From: Candidatus Bathyarchaeota archaeon B24
GTDB lineage: Archaea; Thermoproteota; CALKCG01; B24
DNA: 64,000 nucleotides
Direction of reading: 5' to 3'
Assembly: GCA_001593865.1 (NCBI GenBank)
Contig: LUCB01000012.1
Coordinates: 2,485-66,484 of the forward strand
In this document: one piece after another, positions 18,092-27,175 of the stretch
Position numbering within the stretch: position 1 is the stretch's first letter
How the letters are laid out: every line of letters starts with the position of its first letter
Translations under genes and position numbers: made by a program
The notes under the pieces: model-generated
Seen by the model: only the letters and a program-made list of their open reading frames with translations
Databases searched by the model: none
Told to the model about the DNA's origin: nothing

Positions 18092-19313
18092 GGTCCTCGA
18101 GCTTCTAAGAAGATACCGTCTCTGCCATAACTGCCTTGGTAGGCAGTTTGCCCTTCTCCTACACGGCATGGATAACTCGACTAGGGGGTTGGCTTTAAAA
18201 TACACGATAGCCTTCGAGCTTCATAGGAGGGTTCTCGACGAGAAGGCGGTTCCTGAAGACGTTAGGCTGTTAGCCTCCAACATGGGTCTAAAAGAGTTCG
18301 ACGACGCCGTTAAGGCGTTGGGGTTCAAGCTCGACTACGCGTCTAAGCCCTGCTACATCTGCGGCGGCGTTTTCGATAAGGTTGAAGAGGTGGTGAGCAT
18401 GGTTCTAGACGCGCTCACGGGCTACGAGTTTAAAAGCATACTCGTAGGCGTGAAGTTGCCGTCAGAGGTCTGCGAAAAGGAGGACGAGGTTAGAAGCGTA
18501 GTAGCGCTTCCTTATGGTGAAAGCCTCAGGGAGGAGCTCAGCAGGGTTCTGGGTAAGAAGCTGTCTTCGATTCTTAAGGCTAAGGTCGACATGAGAAAGC
18601 CTGACGTCACGGTGGTCGTAGACCCCTATAGGATGATGGTCGAAGTAAACCCCGCGCCTATATACGTGAAGGGCTTCTTCTTGAAGCTCAGCCCTGAGGT
18701 GCCGGTGGTATCCAAGGACCTCGAGAGGGTGGGAGGCGAAACGGTCGAAACACTCATAGTTAGACCTTTGATGAAGGCTTTCGAGGCGGTGGATTACCGT
18801 TTCATAATCCCCTTCAGGGACTCTAAGAGGACCTTGATCCTCGGCGACGGTAGGCCTTTCGTGGTCAGGTTTAAACACCCTAGGAAGCGGTTCGTGGACC
18901 TAGACGAGCTGGCCTCGGAGATAAACAGTAGGGCGTCGGGGTTGATGGAGGTCAGACGTTTAAGCTGGGCTTCAAGGTCTGACGTCGCTAAGCTACGGTC
19001 TTTCAAAGGCGTCGAGGAGGCTAAGGTCTTGGTCAAAGCCGAAAAGGCGCTTAGATTTATGGGGCCTATGAAGCTAACGGTCATGCAGCTCGATAAGCCC
19101 TCGAACGTCTTCAGAGAGGAGACGGTCGAGCTTCTAGACGTCGAAAGGGTCGGCGGAGACGTTTACCGGCTTAGACTTAAATATCGTGTAGGCTTCTTAG
19201 TCAAGGATTTCCTATCTGGAGGGCCTAGAGTTAAGCCTTCTCTCAAGGAAATCCTTAAAAGTGAGATGAATTTTTTGGAAATAGTTGAGATAAACGTTAG
19301 GGGGGCGTTTTGA
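18078..19313 (+). CDS. pus10: tRNA pseudouridine(54/55) synthase Pus10
   Basis: N-terminal zinc-ribbon (CHNCLGRQF...CYICGG) and THUMP region followed by a pseudouridine-synthase catalytic domain; about 410 aa. Confidence 0.8.
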   Translation: MILDKVLELLRRYRLCHNCLGRQFALLLHGMDNSTRGLALKYTIAFELHRRVLDEKAVPEDVRLLASNMGLKEFDDAVKALGFKLDYASKPCYICGGVFDKVEEVVSMVLDALTGYEFKSILVGVKLPSEVCEKEDEVRSVVALPYGESLREELSRVLGKKLSSILKAKVDMRKPDVTVVVDPYRMMVEVNPAPIYVKGFFLKLSPEVPVVSKDLERVGGETVETLIVRPLMKAFEAVDYRFIIPFRDSKRTLILGDGRPFVVRFKHPRKRFVDLDELASEINSRASGLMEVRRLSWASRSDVAKLRSFKGVEEAKVLVKAEKALRFMGPMKLTVMQLDKPSNVFREETVELLDVERVGGDVYRLRLKYRVGFLVKDFLSGGPRVKPSLKEILKSEMNFLEIVEINVRGAF

Positions 19314-19356
19314 AACGCCGCACTCGAAGGGTTATAGAAGTAGGACTAGAAAGCTG

Positions 19357-19605
19357 TTGCGTTTGAGGAGAGGTGAGAATCCTCTTAAGGTAACCCCTAT
19401 ACTCAGGACTTACCAGGTGGGCGAAAGAGTCGTTATAGACATAAACCCCTCTATCCATAAGGGTATGCCTCATAAGAGGTTTCACGGTAAGGTGGGAGTC
19501 GTCGTAGAGAGGAGGGGTAGAGCGTACGTCTTGAAGGTCGGTGTTGGGGGTAAAGATAAGATAGTTATCGCCAGGCCTGAACACCTCAAACCTCTCGCCC
19601 AGTGA
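19357..19605 (+). CDS. rpl21e: 50S ribosomal protein L21e
   Basis: KGMPHKRFHGKVGVVV...RGRAYVLKV motif; 82 aa. Confidence 0.85.
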   Translation: MRLRRGENPLKVTPILRTYQVGERVVIDINPSIHKGMPHKRFHGKVGVVVERRGRAYVLKVGVGGKDKIVIARPEHLKPLAQ

Positions 19606-19631
19606 AAGAGGTTCTCCCCCCTTCTTGAGAG

Positions 19632-19985
19632 GTGATATGCACGTCTATCCGGAAGATTAGAGAGACGGATATAACGATAGCTGAAGCGTATGAGTTGCTT
19701 AAAGGTTTAGAGGAGCCTAACCCTCTTCAATCTAGGGTTCTAGATTATGCGCGTAAAGTGGCTAAGGTAGACCCGTCTAAAGCGGCTGAGCTCGTGGATA
19801 AGCTTATCGAGAAGTTCGGTCTGGAACGTGATAGGGCTGTTCAGATAGTTAACACTATGCCTGAAAGCATCGAGGAGCTAAGGGTTTTCTTCGTGGGGTT
19901 GAGGGGTAGGCTTATAACGACTAGCCAGCTTAACGAAATACTGAAGTTGCTCGACGAGTATAGGGTTAAAGACGTAGAGTCCTGA
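19632..19985 (+). CDS. rpoF: DNA-directed RNA polymerase subunit F (Rpo4/RpoF)
   Basis: 117-aa helical Rpb4-family protein in the conserved archaeal L21e-rpoF-DUF655-ksgA arrangement. Confidence 0.65.
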   Translation: MICTSIRKIRETDITIAEAYELLKGLEEPNPLQSRVLDYARKVAKVDPSKAAELVDKLIEKFGLERDRAVQIVNTMPESIEELRVFFVGLRGRLITTSQLNEILKLLDEYRVKDVES

Positions 19986-20022
19986 ATCGTTTAAACAGTC
20001 TGAGTTCTAGGGGTGTAAGCTG

Positions 20023-20589
20023 TTGAGAGGCTATCATAGGTTTTACGAGGAGTACGGCTATGTTCTAGACATTCTCCCTAGGCCGACTAGGAGGGTTCCT
20101 AGACCGGCTCAGCTAGCCGGTAGGGCTGTGGAGCTCATAGGCGATAAGTATTTCACGCTCCTGGAGGCGGTTCTCAAGCGTGACGTATCCGTATCGATAG
20201 GTGAGAGGATTTTCCTAGGCAGAAGCCCTGAGAGTAAAGTAGCCTTCGTAGTCGGACGTCTGAGCTACTACGAGCTAACCGGCCCTGCTCAGGCCGAGCT
20301 TCCGGATGTAATCGAGAGGATAATCACGGCCAACGAGGAGAGGTTCGTCGAATTTTTCAACAAGTCTCAGCCCGTAAGCCCTAGGATGCACGCCCTAGAG
20401 CTTATACCCGGTATAGGTAAAAAGTATATGTTCACGATCCTCAGGGAACGTAGCGTACGGCCGTTCGAATCGTTCAAGGACATAAAATCCAGAACAGGGA
20501 TCCCGGACCCTGTGAAGCTCATAGCCAAGCGGGTCCTGGAGGAGCTTATGGAGGAAAGGCCGAAATACAGGCTCTTCGTTAAGGGTTGA
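20023..20589 (+). CDS. DUF655-family RNA-binding protein with helix-hairpin-helix motif
   Basis: N-terminal YEEYGYVLDILP, HhH LELIPGIGKK; conserved neighbour of rpoF and ksgA in archaea. Confidence 0.7.
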   Translation: MRGYHRFYEEYGYVLDILPRPTRRVPRPAQLAGRAVELIGDKYFTLLEAVLKRDVSVSIGERIFLGRSPESKVAFVVGRLSYYELTGPAQAELPDVIERIITANEERFVEFFNKSQPVSPRMHALELIPGIGKKYMFTILRERSVRPFESFKDIKSRTGIPDPVKLIAKRVLEELMEERPKYRLFVKG

Positions 20590-20664
20590 CGACTTCTATG
20601 ACGGCCGTGCGGCGGCGTCGGGTTAAAATGCTCGGACGGTGTTAGGTTTTCTGGAACCGTAGAT

Positions 20665-21462
20665 ATGTCGCTTAGGGATGTCGTGAGGAATCTTATAAGA
20701 GCCGGGGTTTTGACGCCTAAGAAGCTTCTAGGCCAGCACTTCATGGTCGACGAGCGTATCCTATCCAGGATGGTCGACTATGCCTATGTCTCAGGCGATG
20801 ACGTGGTGTTGGAGGTAGGTGCCGGTCTAGGTTTTCTAACCAGGCTGTTGGCGGAGAGGGCTAAGCTTGTGTATGCGGTCGAACTGGACCGTGGGCTTGC
20901 CGAGTATCTGAGGTCTAGGTTTCCAGAGGGCTCAAATGTGAGGGTTTTAGAGGGGGATTTCCTGAGGCTTAGGGTTGAAGGCTTCGACAAAGTCGTCTCA
21001 AACCCTCCATATGCTATATCGACCCCCATGATGCTCAAGCTCATCGAGCTCTCCCCCAGGGTCGTGGTTTTAACGCTCCAGGACGAGTTTTCACGTAAAC
21101 TATACGCCAAGCCGGGTAGCCCGAGCTACGGCCGTCTAACAGTCTTGACGGCTCTAAACTACCGAGTCGAGGTTCTAGAGCGTCTTTCTCCAAGCGTCTT
21201 CTACCCAGAGAGCAGGGTGAGAAGCGTTCTCATCCGGCTTATACGCAGGTCTGACGCCTTAGAGCCTCGGAGGCTTAAGGCTCTGAGGCTCGTGGTCGAC
21301 CAAGCCTTCAGCCTTAGGAATAAGACGTTGAGAAACTTCGTCAGGAGGGTTTTACCCGACGCTCCCCTACGATGCGATTTAGGAGTTAGGGTTTACCGGG
21401 CTCCTCCTGAGGTGTTTCTAGAGATCGCGGATGCGATCCTTCGAGGAAGAGGAGATGTTTAA
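20665..21462 (+). CDS. ksgA: 16S rRNA (adenine1518/1519-N6)-dimethyltransferase KsgA/Dim1
   Basis: GQHFMVDERIL N-terminus, SAM motif EVGAGLGFLT, catalytic VVSNPPYAISTP. Confidence 0.85.
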   Translation: MSLRDVVRNLIRAGVLTPKKLLGQHFMVDERILSRMVDYAYVSGDDVVLEVGAGLGFLTRLLAERAKLVYAVELDRGLAEYLRSRFPEGSNVRVLEGDFLRLRVEGFDKVVSNPPYAISTPMMLKLIELSPRVVVLTLQDEFSRKLYAKPGSPSYGRLTVLTALNYRVEVLERLSPSVFYPESRVRSVLIRLIRRSDALEPRRLKALRLVVDQAFSLRNKTLRNFVRRVLPDAPLRCDLGVRVYRAPPEVFLEIADAILRGRGDV

Positions 21463-21505
21463 CGTTTAAATATGGCTCGGATGTTAGGTGTGGTGGTGAA
21501 GGGCT

Positions 21506-22012
21506 TTGAGGGCTAGGAACTACAGGAGAATCTCGGGCATGGCTTATACTAGGAAGGAGTATATCGGCGGTTCTCCGCATCCTAGGATAGTGCTGTTCGA
21601 GATGGGGAACCCTAAGGGCGAGTTCGAATATGAGGCTAGGCTTATAGCCCTCGAAGACGCTCAGATAAGGCATAACGCCTTAGAGGCCGCTAGGATGGCG
21701 GTTAACAAGCTCCTCGAGAGGAGGTTGGGTAGGCAGAGCTATTTCTTCAAGATAAACGTGTACCCGCATCACATTCTCAGGGAGCATAAGATGATGACAG
21801 GTGCCGGTGCGGATAGGCTTTCGAAGGGTATGAAGATGGCCTTCGGTAGACCCGTAGGTCTGGCCGCTAGGGTTAGGAGGGGTCAGAACATCCTGTTCGT
21901 CCGGGTGAACAAGGAGAACCTGGAGCTTGCTAAGGAGGCTTTAAGGAGAGGCGCTAGTAAGATACCTACGCCGACTAGGATAATGATATTTCCGGTCGCT
22001 AAGGAGGCTTAG
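21506..22012 (+). CDS. rpl10e: 50S ribosomal protein L10e (uL16)
   Basis: YRRISGMAYTRKEYIGGSPHPRIVLFEMG matches the conserved L10e N-terminus. Confidence 0.85.
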   Translation: MRARNYRRISGMAYTRKEYIGGSPHPRIVLFEMGNPKGEFEYEARLIALEDAQIRHNALEAARMAVNKLLERRLGRQSYFFKINVYPHHILREHKMMTGAGADRLSKGMKMAFGRPVGLAARVRRGQNILFVRVNKENLELAKEALRRGASKIPTPTRIMIFPVAKEA

Positions 22013-22038
22013 CGTCCCATCTTTAAGGCTTTGGAGGT

Positions 22039-23040
22039 GTGTTCAGGATCTTCAGGCTTGATGAGGATAAGGTTCTAAACGAGGTTTTATCCAAGGGTTT
22101 TAAACGCGTCCTCGTTCAAGCCCCGGAGGGCTTAAGGCCTCATCTTAAACCCATGGTCGATAGGCTTAGAAAGCTGGGTGTAACCGTTTTCCTCTCAGGT
22201 AACCCGTGCTATGGTGCATGCAACTTAGCCATCAGAGAAGCCGAGATGCTGAACGTAGACCTGATAGTCCACGTAGGTCACAGCCCCATGGTTCCCTCGA
22301 GCCGTATACCCGTAGTGTACTTGGACGCTCAGTATACGGTTCGAACGGATAGATGCCTCGAAAAGTTCAAGGAAACCCTCCTAAGGTTCCATAGCCTAGG
22401 CCTGTTCTCCAGCATCCAGTTCATCGGGTACCTAGAGGAGGCTCGTAAGACTCTTGAAGAGTGGGGTTTGAATGTGTTCATAGGACGTGGCAGCGGCGTG
22501 AAGTATGCCGGCCAGGTCTTAGGATGCAACTACACCTCACCCCTAGAGGTCGAAAACCGGGTGGAGGGTTTCCTCTTCATAGGCGGAGGCCTATTCCATC
22601 CCCTCGGTCTATCCCTACTCACCGATAAGCCTGTGATGGCTTTAAACCCGCTAACATGCTCCTTGAGAGATATGGATGCCTTAAAGCGTAGGTATCTAAG
22701 GCGTAGATACGCGTCTATAGTCGAGGCTAGGAACGGTAGGGTGTTCGGCGTATTGGTCGGCTTGGAGCCTGGACAGTTCCGGCTCAGGCAGGCCGAGGGG
22801 TTGAAAAACCTCATAGAGGGCTTGGGTAAAGAGGCCTATCTTCTGGGTTTCAACTACTTAGACGCGTCTATGCTCGAGGCCTATACTTGGATAGATGTGT
22901 TCGTGAACACGGCGTGCCCCAGGCTTTCGCTGGAAGATTCTGAAAGACTGAGTAAGCCCGTACTAAGCCCGGCCGAGTTGCTTGTGGCTTTAGGGCTGAT
23001 GAGCTGGGAGGAATATATCGGTGAGCCGTCTCAAACGTAG
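22039..23040 (+). CDS. dph2: 2-(3-amino-3-carboxypropyl)histidine synthase Dph2 (diphthamide biosynthesis)
   Basis: QAPEGL...FLSGNPCYGACNL motif and three-domain length of about 330 aa. Confidence 0.75.
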   Translation: MFRIFRLDEDKVLNEVLSKGFKRVLVQAPEGLRPHLKPMVDRLRKLGVTVFLSGNPCYGACNLAIREAEMLNVDLIVHVGHSPMVPSSRIPVVYLDAQYTVRTDRCLEKFKETLLRFHSLGLFSSIQFIGYLEEARKTLEEWGLNVFIGRGSGVKYAGQVLGCNYTSPLEVENRVEGFLFIGGGLFHPLGLSLLTDKPVMALNPLTCSLRDMDALKRRYLRRRYASIVEARNGRVFGVLVGLEPGQFRLRQAEGLKNLIEGLGKEAYLLGFNYLDASMLEAYTWIDVFVNTACPRLSLEDSERLSKPVLSPAELLVALGLMSWEEYIGEPSQT

Positions 23041-23638
23041 ACACCTCGAAATCGCGTTGAGTAGGCTTCGCGGTCACCCATCGCCTAGCATACTTCTCGA
23101 GCAGTATACCATACCGGCCGACCTGGCTGTGAAGATCCTAACCCTAGCCGCCTACAAGTACGACGACATAGCGGGTAAAGTAGTCTTCGACCTGGGATGC
23201 GGAACCGGTAGGCTGGCTATAGGGGCGGCTCTCCTCGGAGCTGACTACGTGGTTGGCTTAGACATCGACCGAGTTGCCCTAGATGTAGCTAAGCTTAACG
23301 CGTATGAAGCCGGTGTCTCGGATAGGGTCGACTGGGTTCTATGCGATATCGCTGTGTTCCAGAGCTCATGCCACACAGTCCTACAGAACCCTCCGTTTGG
23401 AACGAGGTTGAGAGGCGCAGATAGAGTTTTCCTGGAAAGGGCTATGGAGATGGGTAGGGTCGTCTACACGATTCACAAGAGCGAGACTGATGGGTTTATT
23501 AGGAGGTTTGTAGAGGATCATGGTGGTTCAATATCTGCCGTGTTTAAGGCTATGATGACGATACCTAGGGTTTTCCCGTTCCATGAAAAGAGGGTTTACA
23601 GGTTTGAGGTTTACGTCTATAGGATCGAGGTGGTTTGA
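23021..23638 (+). CDS. Putative RNA N6-adenine methyltransferase (METTL5/HemK-like, NPPF motif)
   Basis: Motif I DLGCGTGRLAI, acidic loop GLDID, motif IV NPPFG. Confidence 0.6.
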   Translation: MSRLKRRHLEIALSRLRGHPSPSILLEQYTIPADLAVKILTLAAYKYDDIAGKVVFDLGCGTGRLAIGAALLGADYVVGLDIDRVALDVAKLNAYEAGVSDRVDWVLCDIAVFQSSCHTVLQNPPFGTRLRGADRVFLERAMEMGRVVYTIHKSETDGFIRRFVEDHGGSISAVFKAMMTIPRVFPFHEKRVYRFEVYVYRIEVV

Positions 23639-24219
23639 GCTTGTCTAGGTCTAAAGACGGGGAGTTTGTAACCCCGGGCGATAAGATAGGGGTCATAGAG
23701 GAGTATGAGCCTGGGTTTGGAACCTACGAGTCCGACGGGGTGGTGAGGTCTTCCCTAGCCGGTATGGTGGAGAGGGACGTGAAGAACCACCTAGCCGTGG
23801 TGAAACCCGTTAAGGAGCCTCTCCTCCCGAGGCCTAAAGACATCGTCTACGCGGTCGTGTCGTCGCTGTCGGATAAGCTGGCGTCCGTGATGATAGTATC
23901 CGTCGGGAATAGGCTTCTAAGCGACTGCTTAACCGGTCTGATACACATCAGGGCCTCATCCACGAGTAGGGTTCGATCCCTCAGAGAGCTTTTCAAGCCA
24001 GGCGACATAGTCAGATGCGAGGTCTTAACGTTTAAGAACGGCGTATACCATTTAAGGACGCAGGGTCCAGGTTTCGGCGTCGTCTACGCGGTATGCTCCC
24101 TATGCGGAACCCCCCTCGTCAGGAGTAGAAGAGAGCTTAGATGCCCGGTATGCGGTAATACGGAGAGGCGTAAGACCACGAGGGATTACGGCTCGGTCAG
24201 GTTGAGGTGGTTGATTTGA
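23635..24219 (+). CDS. csl4: Exosome complex RNA-binding subunit Csl4
   Basis: N-terminal and S1 domains plus C-terminal zinc ribbon CSLCGTPL...CPVCG. Confidence 0.8.
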   Translation: MSLSRSKDGEFVTPGDKIGVIEEYEPGFGTYESDGVVRSSLAGMVERDVKNHLAVVKPVKEPLLPRPKDIVYAVVSSLSDKLASVMIVSVGNRLLSDCLTGLIHIRASSTSRVRSLRELFKPGDIVRCEVLTFKNGVYHLRTQGPGFGVVYAVCSLCGTPLVRSRRELRCPVCGNTERRKTTRDYGSVRLRWLI

Positions 24220-24512
24220 AGCTCCGTGTCTTAAGGTTTACCGATAGGGAGGTTAAGCTCGAGGTCGAGGGTGAGGGGTACACGTTTCTAGGCGCCTTAC
24301 AGGATATCTTCGTGAACGACCCGAGGGTCGAGTTCGTAGGCTATAATGTCCCGCATCCCTTGATATCTAAGGCGACGTTTACCCTCAGGGTTACACCTGA
24401 AAACGACCTGAGAGACGTTCTGAAAACGGGTGTTGAAGCCTTGAAAGACCGTTTAGGGGAGCTTGAGAACGTTTTTCTCGAAGCCCTTAAACGGTGGGAA
24501 ACAAGATCCTAG
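24207..24512 (+). CDS. rpoL: DNA-directed RNA polymerase subunit L (Rpo11)
   Basis: Rpb11-like dimerisation-fold sequence; 101 aa. Confidence 0.85.
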   Translation: MVDLKLRVLRFTDREVKLEVEGEGYTFLGALQDIFVNDPRVEFVGYNVPHPLISKATFTLRVTPENDLRDVLKTGVEALKDRLGELENVFLEALKRWETRS

Positions 24513-24524
24513 GAACGGTCGTCG

Positions 24525-24896
24525 TTGAGGGTCGAAGAGCTTCTCAGAGACAGAGGTTTAGCCGGGTTCGGAGACTCTTTGGTAAACTTCCTCTATAGCC
24601 TCGCCGCTACGAGAAAATACGGTAGACCTATGGGTTTGAAAGTAGGGAACAGAGCCTTAGCCGAGGCCGTTAGAAGGTCTAAGTTCCGCGAGCTTCTACC
24701 TAGAAGGGTTGACAGGAAAACTATGGGAGACTACGCGGAAGCCTTGATAGCCTATGCATGGCTTAGGAGACTCGTGACGACCGACTCCTGTGTAGAGATC
24801 CTCGCAGAGAACGTGGACAGCCCGGTCGATGCGTTCACGGACCTCCTGAAGACGGTTATGGAGGCGTTGAAGGGCCATGAGGGTGAGGACTGTTAA
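24525..24896 (+). CDS. Small RNase III-like domain protein (no dsRBD), conserved hypothetical
   Basis: GFGDSLVNFLYS resembles the RNase III E-x-L-E-F-LGD signature; a later GDYAEALIAYAW resembles the second catalytic motif. Confidence 0.35.
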   Translation: MRVEELLRDRGLAGFGDSLVNFLYSLAATRKYGRPMGLKVGNRALAEAVRRSKFRELLPRRVDRKTMGDYAEALIAYAWLRRLVTTDSCVEILAENVDSPVDAFTDLLKTVMEALKGHEGEDC

Positions 24897-25308
24897 AAGA
24901 GAGATCCGGGTCCTCGGTCTGACGAAAGTTCATATCGGAAGGAGACGGGACGTTCTAGGCGTCGTCTACAGGGGAGGGCTTTTCATGGATGGCGTCCTCT
25001 ACTTCAGAGGAGACGACGTCGAAGCCTACGGTCTCCCCGGTTTGATAAGGAGGAGTAGGCATTACCCCCAGCTCAGGGTGGTCGTCTGCAGAGCTGAGGA
25101 CGGGTTCGACTGCAGGAGACTTTGGAACGAGACAGGCATACCTGTCATACTTCTAAACCCGGACGGAAGCTTTGAAGCCTACGGCATAGAGGAGCAGGTG
25201 GCGTCTAGGGTTTTAAAGGTAGCTTCTAAGACGTTTCCGGAGCCTGAAGCCCTGAAAGTGGCCTTAAAACTCAGGAATGCTCTAGAAGAAATGTTTAAGT
25301 CTAGGTGA
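24877..25308 (+). CDS. Conserved archaeal hypothetical protein (DUF99/UPF0215-like)
   Basis: 143-aa ORF with no confident family assignment; overlaps its neighbours in the rpoL-tfs cluster. Confidence 0.3.
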   Translation: MRVRTVKREIRVLGLTKVHIGRRRDVLGVVYRGGLFMDGVLYFRGDDVEAYGLPGLIRRSRHYPQLRVVVCRAEDGFDCRRLWNETGIPVILLNPDGSFEAYGIEEQVASRVLKVASKTFPEPEALKVALKLRNALEEMFKSR

Positions 25309-25320
25309 TATCCATCTTAG

Positions 25321-25671
25321 ATGAGGGGTCTCTTGGACTTCTGTCCTAAATGCGGAACTAGGATGAGGGTTAAGCGGGTTGAGGGCGGTGTAAAGCTCAT
25401 CTGCCCTAAGTGTGGTCACGAGGAGTTTAGGAAGACCAAGGTTCTACAAGCCAAATACGAGGTCTCTCCTGAAACCCGTAGGGAAGCATTAACGGTTCTG
25501 ACGGGTGAGGAGAGCGAGATATCCACGTTACCCACCACACAGGTAGAGTGTCCAAAATGCGGATACGGGGAGGCGTATTGGTGGATAATCCAGACCAGAA
25601 GCGCAGACGAAGCCCCCACCCAGTTCTTCAAGTGTAAGAGATGCGGATATGTATGGAGAGAATACTCTTAA
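25321..25671 (+). CDS. tfs: Transcription factor S (TFS, RpoM/Rpb9-like)
   Basis: N-terminal zinc ribbon CPKCG...CPKCGHEE and C-terminal TFIIS-type ribbon CPKCG...QTRSADE...FKCKRCGY. Confidence 0.85.
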   Translation: MRGLLDFCPKCGTRMRVKRVEGGVKLICPKCGHEEFRKTKVLQAKYEVSPETRREALTVLTGEESEISTLPTTQVECPKCGYGEAYWWIIQTRSADEAPTQFFKCKRCGYVWREYS

Positions 25672-25764
25672 CCCTCATCCTGACGGCTATCTTTTCTGGA
25701 AGTTAAGCCTCACGGCATAAAGCTGGAAACCGTTAATAGAGGGTTCGGCTCCAAATAGTAGAGG

Positions 25765-25838
25765 GGGCCCGTGGCGTAGCTGGATAGCGCGTCGGCCTGC
25801 GGAGCCGGAGGTCCCGGGTTCGAATCCCGGCGGGCCCA
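25765..25838 (+). tRNA. tRNA-Arg (anticodon GCG), intron-less, CCA not encoded
   Basis: Hand-folded: acceptor GGGCCCG/CGGGCCC, anticodon stem TCGGC/GCCGG, loop CTGCGGA, T-arm CCGGG-TTCGAAT-CCCGG, discriminator A. Confidence 0.9.
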
Positions 25839-25980
25839 TCTTTCTCTGAAATAAGCCTATTTCCAGGGGTTTTTACATGGCTCTATTTTACGCTTATGCA
25901 CCCCGTAGAAGAGAGACCCAAGTGAAAGTATTTAAACAGTCGCGGCCGTCAAGGGGAGGTTTATCGGTTTCTTTAAGCGC

Positions 25981-27087
25981 CTAGCGAAGCCACATATTGT
26001 TTTCCATCGCTTCGACCAGCGCCTTTATGTTTTCGAAGGGTGTCGGCGGGTATATGCCTGCTATAAGCATGAGGCCTCCCTTTCTCAGGCTCAAGGTCTT
26101 AACCACGCGCTCTATGTGACCTCTCACCTCGTTAGGAGTTCCGAAAGGCATTATACGCTGCCTATCGATGTCCAAGTCTATGCAAACTCTACCTTTGCAA
26201 ACATCGGCTATAGATTCGACGCCGTTAACCAGATCCTGGATGTTCAGAATATCCACGCCGGCTTCCATAAGCTGCTCCACAACCTCCATCACATGACCGT
26301 CGCTGTGAAGGTATACGTGGACTCCAGCCGCCCTAACTCTTTGGAATATCCTCCGGTAGCCCGGGTATATGAACTCCCTAAACGCTAGGGGGCTTATAGG
26401 CATTCTATCCTGTAAACCTAGGTCGTCGCCGAACGATAGGATATCTAAGCCTTTAAACCGTAGAAACCTCTCGACCAGGGCTAAGTTGTACTCGGTTAGC
26501 ATATCCACTAGCTCATATATCTGAGCAGGTTTGCGTATAAAGTCCCTCATAAGATTGGTGAACCCCCTGAGGTAGTATAGTCTCTGGAAGAAGAACCCAT
26601 GGGGCATACTGCCTATCACAGGTTCGCCGGCGTCCTTAGCTCTCTCTAACTCCTCGTAGACTCGGCTCCAAGGAGTGAGGCCGCCACCTTCGACAGGAAC
26701 GCCTTTCTCAGGGTCCGGTAGCTTGAACTCCTTTAACCTGCTCCAATCCTCCAACGGATGTTTAACGACCTGCCCCTGCAATCCTTCTATCGGAAAAGCC
26801 CAGACGCATCCGAAGGGATCTATGAGGGTTTTACCCGACCTTAGAACCCTAGGCTCGCCCTTGTACGTGATAGAGCCGGGTTTGAAGCCTCTGAAAATTA
26901 GCGGGTGATTTGAAGCAAGTTCCTCAAGCTCATCTCTATAAATATTCCATACCGGCCATGACACGTAGATTCTACACGGTATAAACTCCGGATTCCTAAA
27001 CTCAACAGCTCTAAGAAAGTTTTCCCTGTAGGAGAGGCTGGGGAGCTTATAGTTCTTCAACATTTCATCCTCTACCTGCCCCTTCAA
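25981..27087 (-). CDS. Uroporphyrinogen-decarboxylase (URO-D) family protein (the family also includes MtaA-type methylcobamide methyltransferases)
   Basis: 368 aa with a TIM-barrel URO-D-like profile; HSDGH and CxxxxC elements suggest a possible metal site. Specific function not resolved. Confidence 0.55.
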   Translation of the reverse strand: MKGQVEDEMLKNYKLPSLSYRENFLRAVEFRNPEFIPCRIYVSWPVWNIYRDELEELASNHPLIFRGFKPGSITYKGEPRVLRSGKTLIDPFGCVWAFPIEGLQGQVVKHPLEDWSRLKEFKLPDPEKGVPVEGGGLTPWSRVYEELERAKDAGEPVIGSMPHGFFFQRLYYLRGFTNLMRDFIRKPAQIYELVDMLTEYNLALVERFLRFKGLDILSFGDDLGLQDRMPISPLAFREFIYPGYRRIFQRVRAAGVHVYLHSDGHVMEVVEQLMEAGVDILNIQDLVNGVESIADVCKGRVCIDLDIDRQRIMPFGTPNEVRGHIERVVKTLSLRKGGLMLIAGIYPPTPFENIKALVEAMENNMWLR

Positions 27088-27175
27088 TGCATCTATATCT
27101 CTCGTTCTATGGCTTTAGAGCTTTCTCAGTCCCGACGAGTTCAGTAAAGACATAGAGTCGACGTTAATTAAATTA

